Source: Gammaproteobacteria bacterium (lineage in GTDB: Bacteria; Pseudomonadota; Gammaproteobacteria; JBIOEC01). From it: a stretch of 32,000 nt of DNA. The notes under the pieces are model-generated. The model was not told where the DNA came from and ran no database searches. It saw only the letters and a list, made by a program, of their open reading frames with translations. Shown piece after piece: positions 25,037-32,000 of the stretch. Numbering within the stretch: position 1 is the first letter of the stretch; each line of letters begins with the position of its first letter. Made by a program: the position numbers and the translations under genes. The stretch is from assembly GCA_965279305.1 (NCBI GenBank), contig OZ257143.1:1080001-1112000 (forward strand). Reading direction: 5' to 3'.

Positions 25037-25816
25037 ATGAAATCTTCTGACATCACTGATAAAGACATTCCTCTTTTATCTCAACGCCCTCAACACATTG
25101 CTATTATTATGGATGGTAATGGTCGCTGGGCACAGGCGCGTAATTTACCTAGAACAGCAGGGCATAGAGCAGGTGTAACTGCTTTACGCCATACCGTTAC
25201 TGCTTGCGTAGAATTAGAGATCCCCACTTTAACGGTTTTTGCTTTTAGTAGTGAAAATTGGTCTAGACCGGTTCAAGAAGTGCAATTCTTATTAAGTTTA
25301 TTCACTCGTTTTTTACAAAGAGAACTTCAACGTTTATACGATGAAAATATTCGTATACGCGTGATTGGTGATTGCACCCGTTTTTCTCCTCGTTTACAGG
25401 CATTAATTCAACGTGCTGAAACTCTTACTGCTAGTAATACAGGACTGCAGCTCAATATTGCAGCGAATTATGGTGGGCATTGGGATATGACACAAGCTAT
25501 GCAACGTATGGCACAACGAGTAGTGGATGGCGAGTTAACGGTAGAAGAAATAACCGAGCAAGAATTGGAAAAAAGTCTTTGTTTATCTGATATTTCTCAT
25601 CCTGATTTATTTATCCGTACTTCAGGTGAAAAACGTTTGAGTAATTTTTTATTATGGCAATTAGCCTATGCAGAATTATATTTTACGGATACGTATTGGC
25701 CCGATTTTAATAAAAATGAATTAATCATGGCACTGCGTGAATACGCTACACGGCAGCGCCGATTTGGTTTAACTAGCGCACAACTATTTTCACAACGGCA
25801 GGTACAAGGTGCTTAA
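25037..25816 (+). CDS. uppS: ditrans,polycis-undecaprenyl-diphosphate synthase
   Basis: 259 aa with HIAIIMDGNGRWA, FAFSSENWSRP and IRTSGEKRLSNFLLWQLAYAELYF. Confidence 0.94.
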   Translation: MKSSDITDKDIPLLSQRPQHIAIIMDGNGRWAQARNLPRTAGHRAGVTALRHTVTACVELEIPTLTVFAFSSENWSRPVQEVQFLLSLFTRFLQRELQRLYDENIRIRVIGDCTRFSPRLQALIQRAETLTASNTGLQLNIAANYGGHWDMTQAMQRMAQRVVDGELTVEEITEQELEKSLCLSDISHPDLFIRTSGEKRLSNFLLWQLAYAELYFTDTYWPDFNKNELIMALREYATRQRRFGLTSAQLFSQRQVQGA

Positions 25817-26636
25817 ACAACGAATAGTAACAGGGATAGTGCTTGCAGTTTTATTGCTTCTTGTCATTTATGTATTACCTAGACCACTTTTCACTATCGC
25901 TATAGGCGCAGTGGTGATGTTAGGCGCATGGGAGTGGACCATGCTAAGTAATTTACGTGCGAAAAATAAGCGAATCGGTTATTTGGCATTAATAGCTGTT
26001 TTATTTTTACTGATGATGTTGGTGCCTATGCATCAATCCATTGTGGTAGTAAGTACAATTTCGATTGTGTGGTGGTTATGTGCTGCTATCGGAATTTTGC
26101 GTTTTCAGCGAAAAACACAGACATTTCCTCGTAATACTGAAGTTTTAAATTTAATTGGTCTGCTCGTTTTACTTCCTTTCTGGTTTTCTGTGGTGATGTT
26201 AAATAGCGGCTCTGTTATTTATGATGCTGCTAATCCTGTATTACTTTTCGCTATTATCTTAATTGCTCTTGCCGATACTTCAGCGTATTTTGCTGGAAGA
26301 CAATGGGGTAAACATAAATTGGCTAGCAACGTCAGTCCGGGCAAAACCTGGGAAGGTTTACTTGGTGCGGTGCTTGCTGTTACAGTGGTGGTGATCCCTC
26401 TGGCGAAGGTGCTAGGAATTACTGCTTTGTCTCAAATGGATTTGTTATTGTTAGCTTTTATCACGGTGATAGCGGCTTTAGTCGGTGACTTATTTGAAAG
26501 CGTGATAAAGCGAATTGCTAATGTAAAAGACAGTGGACGTTTACTGCCTGGCCATGGAGGTGTCTTAGATCGCATTGATGCGTATACTGCTGCGGTACCT
26601 ATTTTTATGGCGGTATATTTTGTCTTAGCAGGATAA
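25809..26636 (+). CDS. cdsA: phosphatidate cytidylyltransferase
   Basis: 275 aa, polytopic membrane protein with the CDS signature SVIKRIANVKDSGRLLPGHGGVLDRIDA. Its GTG start overlaps the uppS stop. Confidence 0.92.
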   Translation: MLKQRIVTGIVLAVLLLLVIYVLPRPLFTIAIGAVVMLGAWEWTMLSNLRAKNKRIGYLALIAVLFLLMMLVPMHQSIVVVSTISIVWWLCAAIGILRFQRKTQTFPRNTEVLNLIGLLVLLPFWFSVVMLNSGSVIYDAANPVLLFAIILIALADTSAYFAGRQWGKHKLASNVSPGKTWEGLLGAVLAVTVVVIPLAKVLGITALSQMDLLLLAFITVIAALVGDLFESVIKRIANVKDSGRLLPGHGGVLDRIDAYTAAVPIFMAVYFVLAG

Positions 26637-26645
26637 GGAAAATCT

Positions 26646-28016
26646 ATGAATATATTAGGTTCTTTATTGGCGTTTATCGTCGTATTTGCCATTGTGGTGT
26701 TGGTTCATGAGTTTGGTCATTTTTTAGTAGCCCGTCTTTGCGGCGTACGCACTTTACGTTTTTCTATCGGTTTCGGACCTGCTCTTTGGAGTAGAAAAGG
26801 AAAAGATGGTACAGAATATGCGATTGCTGCTTTTCCCCTAGGTGGTTATATCAAAATGCTGGATGGTCGTGAACGCACACTGACTCCAGAAGAAATTCCT
26901 TATTCGTTTGATAATAAACCTGTACTACAACGTATAGCCATTGTGGCTGCTGGTCCTTTATTTAATTTCTTATTCGCTATTATCGCTTATGCCGTGATCT
27001 TAATGGTAGGGGTCACTAAACTGGCGCCTATAGTAGGAGATGTATTGCCTGAATCTCCCGCTGGTATCGCCGGTATACATCCTGGCGATGAAATATTGAG
27101 TATCGATCATAAACCCACTGCCGATTGGCAAAGTGTTTATATGGCGTTATTACCTAGAGTCGGTGAAACATCAGGTGCTATTCCTATCACGGTGAAAGAA
27201 TTTTCTAACGAATCTAAGCCGGTTCGTGATTATGAAATGCCTTTGGTCACATTAGATAAGCAAGATAACAATCAAGCGGATCCTTTAAAAGAATGGGGAA
27301 TTACCTTAGGTTTACCTCATCTATCGGCTGTGATTGGAGATGTTATTTCTGATCAACCTGCTGCTCTTGCCGGATTGCAATCGGGAGATGAAATTACCGC
27401 TATCAATGATCAACCTATTCGCGATTGGTACGATATGGTGGAACATATTCAACAATCAGCTAATAAACAAATTACACTGACTATTAAACGTGGCGACCAA
27501 ACCTTATCGATTTCTGTTACGCCCGTATTGCAAAATGTAGAGGGCAGAGAAGTAGGGGTGATTGGTATTCAATTAAAACCGGTGGCGTGGCCTTCTGAGT
27601 TAATACGTTTGCAACGCGTAGGACCTATTGATGCGGTTGTACAATCGGTACAAAATACGTGGGAACTTTCTAAGTTGACCTTTATTATTATGGCTAAGAT
27701 GGTGACAGGAAAAGTGGCTATTGATAATTTAGCGGGTCCTATTAGTATTGCTCAAGGTGCTAATGAATCGGCACAAAGTGGTTGGTTGCCGTTTGTTAGT
27801 TTCTTAGTATTACTCAGCGTTAATTTGGGTGTGATCAATTTATTGCCTATTCCTATGTTAGATGGAGGGCATTTGTTGTATTATGTCATCGAATGGATTA
27901 GAGGACGTCCCGTTTCTGAGAAAACACAACGTGTGGGATTAGTGATCGGGTTGATATTTATTGTTACACTGATGTTAGTTGGTTTGCATAATGATATTAC
28001 AAGTTTATGGCTATGA
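26646..28016 (+). CDS. rseP: site-2 (RIP) zinc metalloprotease RseP
   Basis: 456 aa with the HEFGH zinc motif in TM1, two PDZ-like segments (GIHPGDEILSID, GLQSGDEITAIN), and the C-terminal NLLPIPMLDGGH motif. Confidence 0.93.
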   Translation: MNILGSLLAFIVVFAIVVLVHEFGHFLVARLCGVRTLRFSIGFGPALWSRKGKDGTEYAIAAFPLGGYIKMLDGRERTLTPEEIPYSFDNKPVLQRIAIVAAGPLFNFLFAIIAYAVILMVGVTKLAPIVGDVLPESPAGIAGIHPGDEILSIDHKPTADWQSVYMALLPRVGETSGAIPITVKEFSNESKPVRDYEMPLVTLDKQDNNQADPLKEWGITLGLPHLSAVIGDVISDQPAALAGLQSGDEITAINDQPIRDWYDMVEHIQQSANKQITLTIKRGDQTLSISVTPVLQNVEGREVGVIGIQLKPVAWPSELIRLQRVGPIDAVVQSVQNTWELSKLTFIIMAKMVTGKVAIDNLAGPISIAQGANESAQSGWLPFVSFLVLLSVNLGVINLLPIPMLDGGHLLYYVIEWIRGRPVSEKTQRVGLVIGLIFIVTLMLVGLHNDITSLWL

Positions 28017-28040
28017 ATGCAGTAAGATTGGGTGTTTAAA

Positions 28041-30329
28041 ATGATTCGTATTTTGGCGAGATTGTTTTTTATTTTGGGCTTAGTATGCAGTACACCCTCT
28101 TGGGCAGATGTTTTTGTTGTCAAAGATATCCGCGTTGAAGGTTTGGAACGTATTGATGCGGGTACAGTTTATAATGATCTTCCAGTAAAAGTGGGCGATA
28201 CCTTTGATACCGATGAAACTGCTGATGTTATAAGAACATTGTATCGCAGTGGTTTTTTCAGCGATATCATATTGGCGCGCGATGGTAATGTATTAGTAGT
28301 AAAAGTGGTTGAAAGACCTGCCATTGGTTATGTAAAAGTGAGCGGCAACTCTGATATAGAAACCGAAGATTTATTAGAAGCATTAAAAAACGTAGGGATT
28401 TCTGAAGGAAGTACATTTGATCCCTCTATTCTTGAGCGCGTTGAGCAAGAAATGGAGCAGCAGTATTTCAGTCAAGGTAAATATGGAATTACCATTAACG
28501 CCACTGTCACTGAGCTAGAGCGTAATCGTGTAGGCATTGATATTGCTATCATGGAAGGCGAAGCCGCTAAAATTCGTTTAATTAATATTGTAGGTAACCG
28601 CGCGTTTACCGAAGAAGAATTACTTGATCAAATCGAATCGACCACTCCTGGTTGGTTTACGTGGTTAAGTGGTAGCGATCAATATTCTAAAGAGCGATTA
28701 CAAGGCGATTTAGAAGCACTTAATTCTTATTACTTTGATAATGGCTATTTAGATTTTAGAATCCTATCTACACAAGTAGCGATCACCCCAGATAAAAAAG
28801 ATATTTACATCACTATTAACGTAGAAGAAGGCCAGCAATATTTTATTGATGAAATAGATATTGTAGGTGAAACCATTGTGTCACAAAAAGAACTTCGCCA
28901 ATTTATTTCAATAGAGCCAGGTGATCTTTATTCACGACGTTTAGTCACTGAAAGTTCTAACGATATGTCTACTCGTATTGGTAACGAAGGCTATGCGTTT
29001 GCAAAAGTAAACGGCGTGCCTGAAATTGAAGAGGGCACCAATAAAGTTAAATTAGTTTTCTTTGTAGATCCGGGCAAGCGAGTTTATGTGCGACGTATTA
29101 ACGTTTTTGGAAATGCCGTGACACAAGACGAAGTGATTCGTCAGCAAATGTGGCAAATGGAATCTGCATGGGCATCTAGCGGATTGATCCAACAATCACG
29201 CACTAATTTATTACGTACTGGATATTTTGAAGAGGCACAAGTAGAGACTGTGCCTGTGCCTGGCACCGCGGATCAAGTTGATTTAGATGTCATAGTGAAA
29301 GAACGTATGTCTGGACGAATAACCGGGGGCTTAGGTTATTCGCAAGTTGATAAATTAATTTTCAATGCGGGTGTTGAGCAAAATAACTTTTTAGGAACAG
29401 GTAAAACGGTTGGTTTTGATTTTCAACAAAGTAGTGGTTATACCCGTTATCGTTTAGCGTATAACGATCCATTCCATACTATGGATGGAGTGAGTCGTGG
29501 TATTGACGTTTTCTATCAAAAAATTGATGAGAACGAATTAAATATTACTAACTACAGCCGTGATGTATTAGGTGGTAACTGGATTTATGGAGTTCCTTTA
29601 TCTCCCAATCAGCGTCTTACTGGCGGTGTGGGTTACGATAATACTTTAATTAAAACTACAGAAGATTCTACTTCTTTCCAGATCAATGATTTTATTAATG
29701 AATATGGAGATGACTTTAATAGCTATAAACTATTAGGCGGCTGGTCTTATAATACTTATGATCGCGCCATATTCCCCACTAAAGGTTTTTCACAAGGCTT
29801 TAATGCTGAAGTAGCGGTTCCTGGTTCAACCTTAGATTATTATAAACTTCGTTCAGGCACCAATTTCTATTTACCCATCAGCGAAGATTTTATTACCCAT
29901 TATCGCTTAGATTTAGGTTATGGAGACGGTTACGGTAACGAATCTACGTTGCCATTTTATTTGAACTACTTTGCAGGTGGTATAGGTTCAGTTCGTGGAT
30001 ATAGAGATAATACCTTGGGTCCTTTGGATTCTTTAGGTAACCCTATTGGGGGTAATATTTTGACCACGGGAACCGTAGAAGTCATTTTCCCTACACCTTT
30101 CTTCTCTGATAATGACTCTCTTAGAACCTCTGCGTTTTTAGATGCAGGTAATGTGTTTACCACAGAGCCAGATTTGATCGATAATGGGGGATTAAGGGTT
30201 TCTGCTGGTTTAGGCATACAATGGATATCGCCCTTGGGTCCCTTGGTATTTGGCCTAGGCTTCCCGCTAAACGAAGAAGAAGGCGATGATATACAGATAT
30301 TCCAGTTTACTATTGGCGCCGTTTATTAA
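28041..30329 (+). CDS. bamA: outer membrane protein assembly factor BamA
   Basis: Signal peptide MIRILARLFFILGLVCSTPSWA, POTRA repeats (IRVEGLERID, VKVSGN, INIVGNRAF, IDIVGE, INVFGN), and a C-terminal beta-barrel (FAGGIGSVRGY...FQFTIGAVY). The ORF track starts at GTG 28032. I prefer ATG 28041, but either is possible. Confidence 0.93.
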   Translation: MIRILARLFFILGLVCSTPSWADVFVVKDIRVEGLERIDAGTVYNDLPVKVGDTFDTDETADVIRTLYRSGFFSDIILARDGNVLVVKVVERPAIGYVKVSGNSDIETEDLLEALKNVGISEGSTFDPSILERVEQEMEQQYFSQGKYGITINATVTELERNRVGIDIAIMEGEAAKIRLINIVGNRAFTEEELLDQIESTTPGWFTWLSGSDQYSKERLQGDLEALNSYYFDNGYLDFRILSTQVAITPDKKDIYITINVEEGQQYFIDEIDIVGETIVSQKELRQFISIEPGDLYSRRLVTESSNDMSTRIGNEGYAFAKVNGVPEIEEGTNKVKLVFFVDPGKRVYVRRINVFGNAVTQDEVIRQQMWQMESAWASSGLIQQSRTNLLRTGYFEEAQVETVPVPGTADQVDLDVIVKERMSGRITGGLGYSQVDKLIFNAGVEQNNFLGTGKTVGFDFQQSSGYTRYRLAYNDPFHTMDGVSRGIDVFYQKIDENELNITNYSRDVLGGNWIYGVPLSPNQRLTGGVGYDNTLIKTTEDSTSFQINDFINEYGDDFNSYKLLGGWSYNTYDRAIFPTKGFSQGFNAEVAVPGSTLDYYKLRSGTNFYLPISEDFITHYRLDLGYGDGYGNESTLPFYLNYFAGGIGSVRGYRDNTLGPLDSLGNPIGGNILTTGTVEVIFPTPFFSDNDSLRTSAFLDAGNVFTTEPDLIDNGGLRVSAGLGIQWISPLGPLVFGLGFPLNEEEGDDIQIFQFTIGAVY

Positions 30330-30423
30330 AGATGCTAAAGATAAAGGGCCAGTCATTGCGTATTCATACTGGAATTGATACCATATATCGAATGACGACA
30401 CTACTATTTCAAGGATAATGACT

Positions 30424-30954
30424 ATGAAAAAGCAATTTACCCACTTGACCGCTGCTATTACTTTAAGCGTATTAGGCACTCTCGGTATCACTGGCGCCGG
30501 ATATGCCGCTGAGCCAGAAACTCTTCCTATTGCGATCGTGGATGGAAACGTAGTTTTTCAAAAATTTCAGCCTGCTATTGAAGCAGAATTGAAAAAAGAA
30601 TTTAAAGATCAGCAACAAAAATTAATGAAATTGCAGGCTGATTTACAAAAAATGAGTGAACAATTAGACAAAGATGCTGAAATTATGTCTGAAGCTGAAG
30701 TAGATAAACTTCAACAAAATTTTGCTGAAAAACAAATGGAATTCCAACAATTAAGCGTGGAATACAGTGAAGCGTACAATGAGCGCGGTAACGAAGAGTT
30801 CCAAGCATTAATTGAAAAAGTTCAATCTGCTGCTAAAGAAATGGCTAACGAAAAAGGTTATGCACTTGTTATTCAACGTGGTGCTGTCTTATATGCAGAC
30901 GATAAATACGATATCACTGCAGAATTAATTAAAGATGTTGAAGGAATGAAATAG
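30424..30954 (+). CDS. skp: periplasmic chaperone Skp (OmpH family)
   Basis: Signal peptide followed by a K/E/Q-rich coiled-coil, with the conserved position between bamA and lpxD. The ATG at 30424 is 8 nt after AAGGA. The track start at 30418 is only 2 nt after it. Confidence 0.85.
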   Translation: MKKQFTHLTAAITLSVLGTLGITGAGYAAEPETLPIAIVDGNVVFQKFQPAIEAELKKEFKDQQQKLMKLQADLQKMSEQLDKDAEIMSEAEVDKLQQNFAEKQMEFQQLSVEYSEAYNERGNEEFQALIEKVQSAAKEMANEKGYALVIQRGAVLYADDKYDITAELIKDVEGMK

Positions 30955-30963
30955 TCATTAAGT

Positions 30964-32000
30964 ATGGGAAAAACATATACACTCAACGAGCTTGCCCAAC
31001 TAACGGGTGCTCGCGTACATGGAGATCCTGACTGCAAAATAACAGGGGTAGCCTCTTTGCAAGAAGCACAGCAAGGGGCTATCACTTTTCTTGCGAACCC
31101 TATCTATCGCAAATATCTTGCAAATACCCACGCCTCAGCGGTTATTTTATCTGAAGATGATGTTCCTTTTTGCTCTACTAATGCGTTAGTCATTAATGAC
31201 CCTTATTCTGCTTACGCCCAAATTACTCAAAGTTTTGCTCCCGCTCCTAATACTACAGTCGGTATACATCCTACGGCTGTGATAGGAAAGGGTACTAAAA
31301 TTGATCCTTCTGCTCGCATAGAAGCCTTGGCCGTGATTGGCGATGGCGCCATTATTGGCGCTCATACCGTTATTGGGGTGGGGTGTGTAGTAGGAGAAAA
31401 GGTGCGTATAGGTGCCCATTCTTTATTGCACTCAAAAGTAACCCTATATCCTGATGTTGTACTTGGTGATCGAGTTGTTCTGCATAGTGGGGTAGTGGTA
31501 GGAAGTGATGGTTTTGGCTTTGCTTTTAGCAAAGAAAAGCTCACTTATATCAAAATTTACCATGCGGGTGGGGTTCAGATCCATAATGATGTGGAAGTGG
31601 GCGCTAATACGACGATAGACAGAGGGGCCTTGAAAGGAACCGATACTATTATTGAGCAGCAAGCCAAAATTGATAATCAGGTGCAAATTGCGCATAATGT
31701 GGTAATAGGTGCTTATACCGTGATAGCGGGTTGTGTAGGTATCGCCGGTAGCGCTAAAATTGGTAAGTTTTGCCAAATTGGCGGGGCTACGGGTATTGCC
31801 GGCCATATTGAAATCGCCGATAATGTAAAAGTGACTGGTATGGCCATGGTGACGCATTCCTTGATGCAGCCAGGTGAGGTATATTCCTCTGGTACTGGGG
31901 TTATGGAAAATGACCAATGGCGTAAAAATGCGGTACGTTTCCGCCATTTAGATGAGTTAACCAGGCGTGTGCAGGCGCTTGAAAAGCAAGTGCAAAAACA
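30964..32000 (+). CDS. lpxD: UDP-3-O-acylglucosamine N-acyltransferase; the 3' end runs off the right window edge
   Basis: Hand translation from ATG 30964 gives [52 protein letters not shown]..., followed by left-handed beta-helix hexapeptide repeats ([25 protein letters not shown]..., [18 protein letters not shown]). There is no stop before position 32000, so it is absent from the ORF track. Confidence 0.92.
   Translation, partial: MGKTYTLNELAQLTGARVHGDPDCKITGVASLQEAQQGAITFLANPIYRKYLANTHASAVILSEDDVPFCSTNALVINDPYSAYAQITQSFAPAPNTTVGIHPTAVIGKGTKIDPSARIEALAVIGDGAIIGAHTVIGVGCVVGEKVRIGAHSLLHSKVTLYPDVVLGDRVVLHSGVVVGSDGFGFAFSKEKLTYIKIYHAGGVQIHNDVEVGANTTIDRGALKGTDTIIEQQAKIDNQVQIAHNVVIGAYTVIAGCVGIAGSAKIGKFCQIGGATGIAGHIEIADNVKVTGMAMVTHSLMQPGEVYSSGTGVMENDQWRKNAVRFRHLDELTRRVQALEKQVQK

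Noticed and set aside
30349-30372. Hairpin CCAGT-N14-ACTGG after bamA containing GTCATTGCG, the same 9-mer as the terminus of the 18665-18790 palindromic element.
   Set aside because: Only a 5-bp stem and a 9-nt match are present. There is no partner CGCAATGAC arm nearby. This is most likely coincidence or at best a weak terminator.
30873-31947. Minus-strand ORFs 30873-31085, 31186-31419, 31362-31544 and 31444-31947 (up to 167 aa).
   Set aside because: They lie antisense to lpxD, whose plus-strand translation shows unmistakable LpxD hexapeptide repeats. The track lists them only because lpxD itself lacks a stop in the window.

Overview
AT-rich gammaproteobacterial chromosome segment. Gene content and order suggest a Legionellales/Coxiellales-like lineage, but that taxon is inference only. 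Most of the window is conserved housekeeping: pgi<purK<purE<tsaC on the minus strand, then asd-fimV-truA-ppsA, tpx<purB, a tRNA-Ala(GGC)/tRNA-Glu(UUC) pair, and the classic rpsB-tsf-pyrH-frr-uppS-cdsA-rseP-bamA-skp-lpxD block, here without dxr. pgi and lpxD run off the window edges and are missing from the ORF track, so I translated them by hand. Three lineage-specific loci interrupt this core. (1) The headline is a single 6,348-nt ORF (12315-18662, 2115 aa) holding all four glutamate-synthase alpha-chain domains in circularly permuted order (FMN, GXGXG, linker, Ntn-amidotransferase, central). It is fused to an adrenodoxin-reductase-type flavoprotein and an adrenodoxin-type [2Fe-2S] ferredoxin instead of a GltD beta subunit. 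GC-rich hairpin or palindromic elements bracket the gene on both sides. (2) A 557-aa protein with RNI/RanGAP-type leucine-rich repeats and a Ser/Pro-rich tail, which looks like a eukaryote-like effector. (3) An orphan ORF directly downstream of tRNA-Glu, preceded by a 15-bp perfect duplicate of the tRNA 3' end (att-like scar) and a run of small hairpins. I saw no transposase, integrase, CRISPR array, toxin-antitoxin pair or recognisable defence gene.
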